A DNA stretch of 64,000 bases from Octopus bimaculoides (Eukaryota), in contig NC_068984.1 of the NCBI RefSeq assembly GCF_001194135.2, positions 126,204,706-126,268,705 on the forward strand, given 5' to 3'. Below, one piece after another: positions 50,001 through 60,569 of this stretch. The notes under the pieces were generated by a model. The model was not told the DNA's origin, made no database searches, and saw only the letters and a program-made list of their open reading frames with translations. The translations under genes were made by a program, and so were the position numbers. Every line of letters starts with the position of its first letter. Within the stretch, counting starts at the first letter, position 1.

Positions 50001-53000
50001 TACATAAATTAAAGAGAATAAGAGTGAAGGAAAGAGAGAGAGGGGGAGGGATAGACAATACTTACAGAGCCAGCTGACATGTAAAAGGTTTTAGCTGCTG
50101 AGTTGATGATCTGGAAAGTAAAATAGAAAAGATTTGGTAGTCTGGTGAAAAATCTGAGAGTGAAACTGCATAGAAATGTCTAGAAAATAATCTGCTTAGG
50201 TCCAAACTGGAACGAGCTTTGCAGTATGATAGTGAAACTCTCTAGAAACTAACCATACAACAGTTGAGGGCAGCAGCAACACCACCACCACTACTACTAT
50301 AACTACTACACATGCTACAGCCACTACCGTTACTACAACTACAACAAATCCTAGTCACCACCACCACTACTACCATGACCACCACACAAGCTACAGCCAA
50401 CACCTGTACTACAACTATTACTACCACCATCACCAGACATGCTATTACTATTTCTACTATCACACAAAGTACAGTACCAATGTTACTATCATACATGTTA
50501 CCAACACCACCACCACTACTACTACCACCACATGCTGCCAGCACCACTTCGTCTACCACACATACTACAAACACAGAAAGAAGGACACAATACCTGGTCA
50601 ATAGCTTGCATAGAGAAATTGAAGGTCATAAATTCACAGATGGGTTTAAGTCCTGCCTGAAATAAGAAGAGAATGAGAGATGGACAATTAGGAGATTTAA
50701 TAATGAGGATTAGTAATAAACTGTGACATTGACATGCCATCCACACAGATAAAGGACTGGGAAGAGCATTAATAAATTATGGCATTGCAATATCACACCC
50801 AGAGGAACATAAAATTACGTCCCCTGAATGTTACAGTCTTAAATCCTAGGACTCACAGCATTGGTTACCTAATTTCCATGACATATAATTGACCAAGGTC
50901 ATAATATACTCCTGGAACAAGATGGCAGTCAGTCCCAGGGTTACTCATTTGAAGCTGAGTGGACTGGAGTAATGTAAAATGAAGTGTTCTGATTAAGAAC
51001 ACAACACACTGCCCAGCTTGGAATTGAAACCAAGATCTCCTGATTGTGAGTGTCACATGCCTTCACCAGAGACACACACACAAAAAAAAAAACAATGACA
51101 TAAAATATTTGGTAGGCAAATTAGAAAAAAAAAATTAGTATAATGACAGCATAAAAGAGAAATAAAATGGTTGGTTGGGTAAGTTATGTGACAGCTGGGC
51201 AACATATGAGGATACTGACCCACTCTTACTGACATTGAATATGAATTTCTTCTTTGAAGAGTGATCTACACACACACACACACACACACAATGTGCCTCC
51301 ACATATTCTCTTATTTCTTTATTGTCCACAAGGAGCTAAACATAGAGGGGACAAACAATGACAGACATTAGGATTAAGTCGATTACATCGACCCCAGTGC
51401 ATAACTGGTACTTAATTTATCAACCCCGAAAGGATGAAAGGCAAAGTCAACCTCGGCGGAATTTGAACTCAGAACGTAGTGGCAGACGAAATACTGCTAA
51501 GCATTTCTGTCAGCTCGCTGCCTTGGAGATATTTTCCACATATTTTCTGTCTACTAAGTTCACTGACAAAGCCTTGATACACCTGGGGCTATAGTAGTAG
51601 ACACTTATCACCCGTGCCAGTATAAACAGGGTACATAAAAAGGTTGCATAGTTAAGAAGCTTGCTTTGCAACCAGACAGCCATGTCTGCACTTGATATTG
51701 ATTGGAAATGACAAAAATGTATAATGGAAAAGGGTTTCTGAAGAATTTCTCCAAAACATAAGATCTTGAGGAGTGGCAATTTACTATACAGCAAATTTAT
51801 CCAATACACATTAGTTTGGACAAAACAAGTATGACAACAGCAATGCTGATGGCTAAATAGAATTTGAAAGAGGAAAGTGAAAATTTTTGAAGAGAATCCA
51901 AACTTACCATAGCTGCTCCAACTGCAATTCCACAGAAACCAAGCTAAAAAGAAAAAAAACAGTTGGAGATAGAAGTAACAATGTAATTCAGTGTAAAATA
52001 AAGAAGGCAGTTTTATAATATTGGTTTCAAATTTTGGCATAAGGCCAACAATTTCAAAGGAGGGGCTAAGTTGATTACATAAACCCCAGTGCTCAACTGG
52101 TACTTATTTTATTGACCATGANNNNNNNNNNTCAACTCCAGTATTTGACTAGCGTTTATTTTATCGATCCCAAAGGGGCAAGAAGCAAAGTCAACTTCAG
52201 TAGAATTTGAACTCAGAACATAAAGACAGACAAAATGCCACTAAACCTTTTGTCTGGCATGCTAATGATTCTGCCAACTCCCTGCCTTGGGCATTTTTTA
52301 AATAATATTAACCATAATTTGATTAAGCAACTCTGATATTGTTGTTACTGTTGTCAGCTCAACTTGAAAATAGATCTTTAAATGGAGGTTGTGAGTTCAA
52401 TATTTAGAGATAACTACATCATATGTTCAATAGAATAGATAGGATGCTTTTCTATTACAGACAACTTTCACAGTGTATGTAGCAATATAGTATAATATAC
52501 AGAAATAATAACAAAATATTTGAAGCAGGAAACAAAAACAAAAAATGAAAACCATGTAAGAATTTGCAGACCTTTCCAATGCATGTAGAGAAACTGAAAA
52601 TATGAAAGAATAACAGTTTGAAAAGTGACAGACATGTAATTGTATCCTGCCCAACAAGACATGTAATCAAGGAAGTTTACCTCAGTAATAGGTGTGTCCT
52701 TCACTCTGGCGTCACCATATTTCTTCCACAGCCCTCGAGTGACCTACAATGGTCAACAAAATATTTTCACACCATCAATCAATATCACTGTGTATGTGTG
52801 TGTGTCTGTATGTATGTGTGTGTGTGTGTATGCCCAGATGCATATGTAGTCTCAAGGTTGAGTGTATGTTTGTATATGCATTTCGTGTTCAGTGTATGGG
52901 TGTTCAGCTTTATGTGTTGCCAGTGTATGTGCATGTTTGCCTCATCAGCTCTATGTATATATGGATTCAGCTCAGTGTGTGTATTCACTTCTCTCCATGT

Positions 53001-53053
53001 GTATATATTCATCTGCATATCCATTATCAGCTGTATATGTATGTATAGTCAGC

Positions 53054-53086
<33 letters not shown>

Positions 53087-56000
53087 ATAACACATGAAAT
53101 ATTCATGTTCAAACTCATCTGCCCACTGCCCACCACTCCTGAAACCAACTACATTACTCCAAACATATTAAACTGGGGTCAACATATACAACTGAATTGA
53201 AATACTAAGGTGTATTTACAGTCACATTAATCCATCAACATACTACCACCGGTCACTACTAACTGTACACCTTCCCTCTCTTAATACCTGCCTCTGACTG
53301 CACATCATCTCTCCACCACACTATTTCCACACTTTCCAATCAGCAGAGGGATGATTGCTAACTTGTACATCAATCTTACCATTTAGATCTCATCTACTGC
53401 CAATGTTGTTCCATCCTACTATTTAGACTTCATCTACAGATAATGTTGTTCCATCCTACTATTTAGACCTTCATCTACAGCTAATGTTGTCCTGTCTTAC
53501 TATTTAGACCTCATCTACAGCTAATGTTGTCCGATCTAACCATTTAGACTTCATCTACAGCTAATGTTGTCCCATCTTACCATTTAGACTACATCTAGAG
53601 CTAGAAGTCTCATCTTACTATTTAGACTTCATCTAGAGCTAATGTTGTCCCATTTTACCATTTAGACTCCATCTACTGCTACCAATTGTCCCATTTTACA
53701 CCTATTTACATCTCAACTACTGCTTATGTTATCCTACCTTAGAGAGCCGATAAATAATATAAAAACATGGAATACTTACTTTATATGCTCCATCATACAT
53801 AGCAACCTCTTCTCCCATCAAGAAGACTTTATCATCTCGACTAATTTCTTCATCAATGGCTATGTTTAGTGCATCTCTGACAGCCATCTGTAATCACACA
53901 AGCAGGAAGGAAATGATAAGTCAAAACAACATGAATGTGGTCAGGTAACTTGTATGCATTTATTATTATTTAATCCCACTCAGCCCTGGCTGAGTGGATG
54001 TATAATCAAAGTCATTGCATTTGTACCCATCACCTTGTCTTATATATATATCAAGAACTACAACATACATATTCTTTATTTAAGGTGATAAGGTATGGGA
54101 TGAAGGAGATTTTTGCAGCTTCTTCAAGCAGAGCAAGCAACCATTGAGAGCAGGGGAGGAGATTCTTTTCACTATCTAGGGAAATTTGCATACAGATTTA
54201 TAAATCATATCTGGCGTTAGGAAGGGCATCCAGCTGTAGAAACTCTGCCAAATCAGACTGGAGCCTGGTGTTGCCATCCGGTTTCACCAGTCCTCAGTCA
54301 AATCGTCCAACCCATGCTAGCATGGAAAGCGGACGTTAAACGATGATGATGATGATCTGGCATCAGAACAAAAAAAGAATTTTAAATTTTACAAATTCAA
54401 AGGTATACAAATATTAATGAATATACATGTGCCCAGGTGAGAATTAGCAATATAAATGATGTCCATCTATTCAACAGCTATAAATCATGTCCATCTATTC
54501 AACAACAACAGACCATGTCATCTAGTTGAAAGCTATAGACTCTGTCCATCTACTCATGTTTTTGAAGTAATATTTCACTGGTGGTGAACTGCCAGAATCT
54601 TTAGCATGCCAGGCAAAATGCTTAGCAGCATTTCATCCTCTTTATATTCTGAGTTCAAATTTCACTGAAATTGCCTTTCATCCTTTCAGGGTCGATAAAA
54701 GATGTACCAGTTGGACAGAGATCGATCTAATCAACTTGCCCCACCCCTGAAATTGGTGTGCCAAAATTTGAAACCAATATTTTACTGGTTCCTAAAGAGA
54801 ATTTCTTGATCTAAAATTGGTTGATTTCTTTAATAATTCACATTCTTTTTTTTTTTTGTTAATTAAAGGGCACATAGATCCACATAGTATTTTGATTTTT
54901 AAGATAATTAAGAGAAGACAAAGACACAGTGCCCATGTCTTTTGCAGGCTCAATGTGATTAGTGAGATTAACGAGCATCTATAGGTTGATGAATGCAGCA
55001 AAAGCACAGGCAGAGAGGAAATTCCAGATGACTGCAATTCTGAGGAGAAAGAATTTAATAAAATGTTTTGTGAGAGATCTGGAAGGTATGTAAGGAAGAG
55101 TGGTAGGTGGGACGGGGTGAAGGAAGCACACAACTGGTTCAGAGAGTAGAGATCATTGAAGAGTTAGCAAGAGGACACAGTAAGTCAGTGAGCTGGAAAT
55201 GGTAGTGTATTTGTGAGTGATTTGTTGTCAATTAGTCAAATGGTTTTTTGAATGAAGTTGGGGCAGTTGTTTATGTGTGCAGCAGCAGAAACAATTCTTT
55301 GTTGTTCTTACTTTAACTCCATGAGGATTAACAACTGAGCTGGGAAATACTGCATGAGTGAAGGGTTTCCCATTTCAGAAGAGGAATCCCTTCCCAAAAC
55401 TGATATTCACTGAGTTCAACTTAATCACCAGTCACACATTTTACTCTAGCACATTTACCTACCCACCCACATTTTCTGTTCCTCTATCAAACCATGCCAG
55501 AATGGAGAAAGAGATATTAAATGATGATGATGATGATGATGATAGGATCACCAAAATAAGATCAAAATTTTAGCCGTAGCTTTGTGATTGAATTTGGTAG
55601 GCGGAAGTTACCGCTGTCTGTATATGTGCTTGTGCCTCTCCCAGAGAGTGAGAGAGGGAATAACTGTGAAGGTTTTAGCTGTGTGTCCTTCCTGGCCAGA
55701 GAGGATGAAGTAAAATTTGTTGTCATTTAGCTTCGGGTCAGCAATGATGAAACAACAAAAGGCATTCCAGCTATGATCATCCCATATTTACAGGGTATAT
55801 CTAGAACAATATCATCTACAGTGTCATTTACATTTTAAGATGACAAAGTTATGATTTGAAAGAGACTTGGCTGCTATTCTAGCAGGTCAAACAACTACAT
55901 AATAACTCCCTTGTTGACTCAACACAACTATTTTTTTTTTATGTTGATAAGTGTAATTCTTGCAATCTCGTGCTATTGAAAGGCAAGTGGTTGTCATGAC

Positions 56001-58654
56001 CCTCTTGAGCAAGTTTTGAAAGGTTCCTTTTTATGGATTCAATGTATGAGCATTTTAGGTTACCTTGGATGATAAAAGAGGATTTTTAAAAATGAGTGAA
56101 GCATAGTATCAAATGAATAGGAGTGCACTTTGTTAGGAATTATAAAGTCATTAGTGTTCAGGAAGACCCTAAAGGACCTAACCAAAACCCAGGGTAGACC
56201 CAAACTGATAGAGAGTGGTTACACAAAGGAGCCTTGTAAGTACACACTGCAATATTACAATCTGACAGGATACTTCCAATCCAAAAATGAGAGGTGAATG
56301 GAGGTCATAAGCAGACTACTTAAAAAGGAGATTCTCATGCCAGATAGAAATAGGAGATTCTTTGCCACTTTCAAGTTCAAGAACATTACTTTTGCTAAAG
56401 TTTTTAAGGGTGACGAACCACTCTGTGGTATATGAGAGCAAGATTCAAATAGATTTGGCTCTTCAGAAGTCATACTAGTGACTCTCATGAAACAGATCGA
56501 TAATCCCTTTTTTCTGAGAATCGCATCATTCTCTGTAATTCTCACTTGTTGAGTGTAGGAGACTTATCCAATTCTTTTCTTTTGGAAATTCATTTGAGTT
56601 CTCTGAAGATTCTATTATGTCAGTAGGGTCTCTCATCCTTTCTGACATTGCTGACACTAACTCCCATAACTCTTTCATAGTGCAACACAGACAATTCTAA
56701 GAGAGAGAAGAATTGACCTCAGAAGAATGAAAGGTAAAGTTGACTTTGGTAGGATTTGAACTCCAAATGCAAAGAACTGGATCAATTACTACAAGGAATT
56801 TCTCCAAAGCTCTAACAATTCTACCATCTTTAAACAATGTGTCCTTTCTATTAAGATGGCAGGATGTGAGTGATGAAAATCTGCTGTTCTCACCACCTTT
56901 CAGATACTGAAAGTGAGAGTGATAGGTCAGTTTGTCAAGGCCACACAGGTTGTTGTTTTTTTTTTTTGTTTTTTTTTAAGGATGAGATAAACTGTAGCAG
57001 GTTTCCAAAAGTAGGGATAAATCTCTGAAAAGAGTGAAGTGGGAAGATTGAAACGTTTAGGATGGATAGGATCTAGCTTTGTTTCAGAATGATAGAAAGG
57101 TCGCCGTCGGGGACGGTCGTCTTTTGGAATGAGGGGGAATGACTAGATGAGCTTTCACCTTTGGCAACTGTTGGAATGTTGATGAGGATGAATCCTCTAC
57201 CAAACTGATAGAGAGTAAACGTACAACAATAAAGCAGTATTTATCTATCGAGTCGGCGGCTACAAACAATGCCTATATATCTATCTATCTATCTAGGATA
57301 CAGTTCAAATCACATCTGCATCTATTGAGATTAAAAACTTATTTTTAAAAACTTTCATGACAGATCACTCGATATATTCAGTTTTACAGAGGAGACTCAA
57401 TCAATTTTGTAGAAGACCCATGTGAAAATAATAGTAATAACGAAAACAATAATCGCGACATTTAATGTTATAGTTTAGCCCCAAGGCGAAACTGATTAAG
57501 ACCTTATCAAAGGCATTCTAGCTGTGACAAATTCATATTTTCGTATATAATGAGATGCCTTATCTAGGTTTAGCTGTTATTTCTAGCAGGTCAAGCGACT
57601 ACATAAGGGCTCCCATGTTAATTGGTGCATATAAATCATGTTTCACTCAGCGAAGATTTCACGACCTTGAGACACCGATATGGTTTTATAATAGTAGTAG
57701 TGTAACCCACAAACATGAAATGCACAATTTACAGTTTTTTTCTTTTTATGAATATATTATCTGTAATGTAATACATGACTATATTTAACACTATATCTTT
57801 TGATATCTTACATGGTTTCATAATGCGGCGGGGGAGGGGATTTATGAAATGGCGATCGTTATATAAATATGAAATGAGATTTGAAGGTAAGCAAATGGAG
57901 TGACGTATACTATCTTTTCCACTAGCAGTAACAGAAATGTAGTGAAACGATCGGGAGTTCTTCGGACATTCAATCAAATCTTCCAAAAAAGGCCAAGATT
58001 GGATAAGATGAAATTTTCATAACAAAGAAAATAACACTTAGGAAGTCTTTATACAGAAAAAAATAAGAAACACTTGTATACGGAGAGGCCATCTCAGATT
58101 GTTAGGTGCATCTAACGAAGAAATACATAACCAAGCTAGAAGTGAACGAAACAAATATAACTATAGATGATTAAACGAACGGGGTGACTTCTAGAAAAGA
58201 CCCATAGTTTTGTGGGAGAGAGAACGAGTTTAATCCCTGCACTCGGAGTTTTCTGGTGGGAGAAGAGGTCATTTCAAGAGCGAGGAAAATAATGAGGATC
58301 AAGAGACATTAATAAACTAATATAAATAACAGCATTTTTAAAAAATCGTAAATCTGAATCGCAGCTGTGATGTTTAATACGGGCAGAAGAGGAGAGAACA
58401 TCGGAAAAGAGAAAATAATGAATGAAAATCACTGACTTGTGAAGGTTTGGCCGCTGTGACATTGAAGCATCTTCGAAATACATTGTTGACATTGGAGAGC
58501 TGCAAAATGAGAAGACGGAAAAATATAAATGAGGTATTACGCCAGATCATACCGGTAACAGTTTCTGGGTCTGAAAATGATGAATAAACAGGGGATTAAG
58601 AGACAAATAACAACCAACCTGAAGGAGTTGCCGTCCTACTTTCACTGCTGCCAT
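43928..58654 (-). CDS. PDHB: Pyruvate dehydrogenase E1 component subunit beta, mitochondrial (complete, 12 coding exons, 361 aa)
   Basis: Minus-strand exons 58654-58619, 58499-58437, 53887-53780, 52743-52681, 51943-51908, 50656-50594, 50110-50066, 49480-49303, 48510-48400, 48031-47940, 45658-45517 and 44076-43928 are all GT-AG and in phase. The translation includes VRDALN...[81 protein letters not shown] and [11 protein letters not shown]. Confidence 0.97.
45517..45658 (-). CDS. PDHB: PDHB exon 11 ([47 protein letters not shown])
   Basis: ctcacag| and |gtaagt; 142 nt. Confidence 0.97.
47940..48031 (-). CDS. PDHB: PDHB exon 10 ([31 protein letters not shown])
   Basis: ccgttag| and |gtaagt; 92 nt. 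Confidence 0.97.
48400..48510 (-). CDS. PDHB: PDHB exon 9 ([37 protein letters not shown])
   Basis: ttttgcag| and |gtcagt; 111 nt. Confidence 0.97.
49303..49480 (-). CDS. PDHB: PDHB exon 8 ([12 protein letters not shown]...KSAIRDPNP)
   Basis: ccattcag| and |gtgagt; 178 nt. Confidence 0.97.
49845..50050. repeat. Irregular purine-rich tandem repeat (core GTACATAAGTTAAAGAG) in PDHB intron 7
   Basis: About 5-6 copies of the core separated by variable (GA/AG)-rich linkers. Confidence 0.75.
50066..50110 (-). CDS. PDHB: PDHB exon 7 ([15 protein letters not shown])
   Basis: tttccag| and |gtaagt; 45 nt. Confidence 0.96.
50270..50570. repeat. Degenerate (ACC/ACT/CAA)n trinucleotide low-complexity tract
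   Basis: Produces spurious Thr-rich and Val-rich ORFs. A similar tract lies at ~20295-20515. Confidence 0.85.
50594..50656 (-). CDS. PDHB: PDHB exon 6 ([21 protein letters not shown])
   Basis: atttcag| and |gtattg; 63 nt. Confidence 0.97.
51908..51943 (-). CDS. PDHB: PDHB exon 5 ([12 protein letters not shown])
   Basis: ctttttag| and |gtaagt; 36 nt. Confidence 0.96.
52681..52743 (-). CDS. PDHB: PDHB exon 4 ([21 protein letters not shown])
   Basis: ttgtag| and |gtaaac; 63 nt. Confidence 0.97.
53377..53720. repeat. ~40-bp minisatellite (~8-9 units) in PDHB intron 3
   Basis: Unit TTTAGACTTCATCTACAGCTAATGTTGTCCCATCTTACCA with scattered substitutions. Confidence 0.92.
53780..53887 (-). CDS. 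PDHB: PDHB exon 3 ([36 protein letters not shown])
   Basis: attacag| and |gtaagt; 108 nt. Confidence 0.97.
54920..55260 (-). mobile_element. Probable CR1/L2-like LINE 3' remnant
   Basis: The decayed minus-strand sequence resembles the SF...WN.LP...NL..F 3' end of CR1-group ORF2. No intact frame. Confidence 0.45.
57465..57625 (-). mobile_element. Third dispersed SINE-like family (GACCTGCTAGAAATAGCAGC core); representative copy
   Basis: Shared motif ttgacctgctagaaat(a/t)gcagc(c/t)aaat and end ...ggggctaaac. Also seen at ~17380-17570, 31140-31350, 46230-46290, 53990-54140(-) and 55700-55900(-). Confidence 0.55.
58437..58499 (-). CDS. PDHB: PDHB exon 2 ([21 protein letters not shown]), transit peptide
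   Basis: ttttgcag| and |gtcagt; 63 nt. Arg-rich and acid-free, with RRCF as expected near an MPP cleavage site. Confidence 0.87.
58619..58654 (-). CDS. PDHB: PDHB exon 1 coding part ([12 protein letters not shown]), transit peptide
   Basis: aagATGGCAGCA start and cag|gttggt donor; 36 nt, phase 0. Confidence 0.8.
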
Positions 58655-58800
58655 CTTAATGTTCCTGCAGACGAGAGATATGACGGTGTGAATTTAGTAA
58701 AGTATCCACCCAACAAGTCATCCGTTCCACCCACTTAACACGGTTTTTCAGAATAGTTGCCCCGCAATCTCATTGAATATTATTGTTTCTATTACATGTA
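58655..58800 (-). promoter_or_regulatory. PDHB 5'UTR/proximal promoter within a CpG-retaining region (~57080-59330)
   Basis: CpG dinucleotides are visibly more frequent here than in the surrounding introns, directly upstream of the start codon. The TSS cannot be determined. Confidence 0.45.
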
Positions 58801-60390
58801 AATTGATTTATATTAAATATCCGAACTACATGTAAGATTGCAAAATATTTGTAAACCCTTAATATAGTGAACGATGATATATGTTTTTCTTTTTCTATAT
58901 GTATATATTTTTTTCATATATAAATGTTAAGAACAGAATAACACCCGTTTAAGAGTTCACTGGAGTACATACATATTACATAAAACTTGATGTATGCAGT
59001 GTGTATGTGCGTGTTTATGGGATATATTCCTGGGAGTTATTAGTCCTCAGAAACATGGTCAGGTTCCTTAGGATAAAGAACTTAAAAAGGTATCAATATG
59101 TTATAAATTTATCCAAAAACAACGAGTCGGGGTTTCATTGTTTTGTGTGTGTGCTCTTCTCTCTCACTCTCTCTCTCTCACCATAGATAGATAGATTCAG
59201 GGATAGCTGGACGGAGGGCTGAACAGACGGATAGATAAATAGACAGAAAGATAAAGACAGTCAAAATCCCCAGCGTTGCCCGGATCAAAGTTTCGAGGAA
59301 TCGGTGTTCAAACTGCAACTTACTTTACTTTTTTCTTTTTATCACAGTAAAACTTCTGTATAAACTCGAGATAGAGTATTGAACTAATAACTGGCAAAAC
59401 TTTTTTTTTCAGGGTTTTTTTTTCTTTTTTTTTTTTTAATGTATATTTTAAATTGTAAATTTTGCAAAAAAGGATAAATTGAAAAAGAAAAAATCGTAAA
59501 TTCAGTTATTCAAACTTCTTTTTTCATTTAGCCCTAAACGTTAATGGTATCTCTTAGCTCTGTACCTTAAACCCAAACTTTATATCACTAATTCTTAATC
59601 CCTAAACCCTAACTTTCTTTATTAAAAGATTTTTTTTGTCTTTTTCTTGCATATCATAATCTGATTTTGAAGCATAATTCTGAAAACAAAATCTGAAGAA
59701 AACAATTCAAAAATGAAAAAAGTTACTGCTGGGTGTGGACTCTTCATAGAAAAATTGATGAAAAATATGGAAAAGGAAATCTAGAAAAGCTTTTATTTGA
59801 AGAATATCATACGTGCAGGCATAGCTCTGTGGTATGAAGTTTGCTTTCCAATCACATGATTCCGGATTCAGTCCCAGTCTGTGACACCTTGGGCAAGTGT
59901 CTTATACTATAACTTCAGATTGACCAAAGCCTTGTGAGTGGATTTGGTAAACAGAAACTGAAAGAAGCCCATTGTGTGTGTGTGTGTGTGTGTGTATAAT
60001 GGTGACCTGACTTAGAAACGCATTCCTTTCTGTAGTTCAGTGCCAGCTTTCATTTTACTTCAGTAACCAACTGTTCTTTCTAATTTCACCTCTTCACTAC
60101 AGAAATATCTTCCTTTTAACATCTATTTTGTCTCCCACAAAATGACTTGTGAGGGGCTGTGTGTAGAGTACATTCTAGTGAAATTCCTCTCCCCTTTATT
60201 CTATATACATACATACATCCAAACGTAGCAGATAACAGCTAACCTTTGGCTGCTATTTAGACATCGTTGTGTCCACCACTCTGATTGGTTGGCATTGGTG
60301 CAATTTATCTCTTACTCTATTGCACCAATATACAACCTAACCAATCGGAGTCCCTAAATAAGATCACATGTGACAGCCTGTTCACAATCC

Positions 60391-60565
60391 ATTATTCAGG
60401 TCACTGGCTGGAATCAAACTTGGAATCTTGGGGTTAGTAGCCCGTGCACTTAACTACTACGCCATATGCCCATGGTGTAGTGGTTAAGTGTATGGGCTAC
60501 TAATTCCAAGATTCCGAGTTCGATTCCAGGCAGTGACCTGAATAATAATAATAATAATAATGATA
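60391..60565. repeat. Head-to-head inverted pair of tRNA-like SINE heads with (AAT)n tail
   Basis: The reverse complement of 60391-60470 (ggcatatggcgtagtagttaagtgcacgggctactaaccccaagattccaagtttgattccagccagtgacctgaataat) aligns to 60471-60546. Contains A-box TGGTGTAGTGG and B-box GTTCGATTC. Confidence 0.8.
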
Positions 60566-60569
60566 ATAT

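Noticed and set aside
52618-53200. Cluster of Cys/Val-rich ORFs (also 34799-35293, 35739-36136, 38600-38800, 50242-50665)
   Set aside because: Translations of (TG)n, (TA)n and (CTA/ACC)n low-complexity DNA.
56255-56545. 96-aa minus-strand ORF as a possible PDHB exon 2
   Set aside because: A better exon 2 with canonical sites and transit-peptide character exists at 58499-58437.
43928-58654. Intronic C/D box snoRNAs in PDHB or LEMD3
   Set aside because: TGATGA words are abundant because of (GAT)n tails. I found no C box/D box pair with suitable spacing and a terminal stem by eye.
60471-60545. Possible genuine tRNA gene
   Set aside because: A and B boxes are present, but the acceptor and anticodon stems do not pair cleanly, it has an (AAT)n tail and it has an inverted twin. 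SINE-like rather than tRNA.
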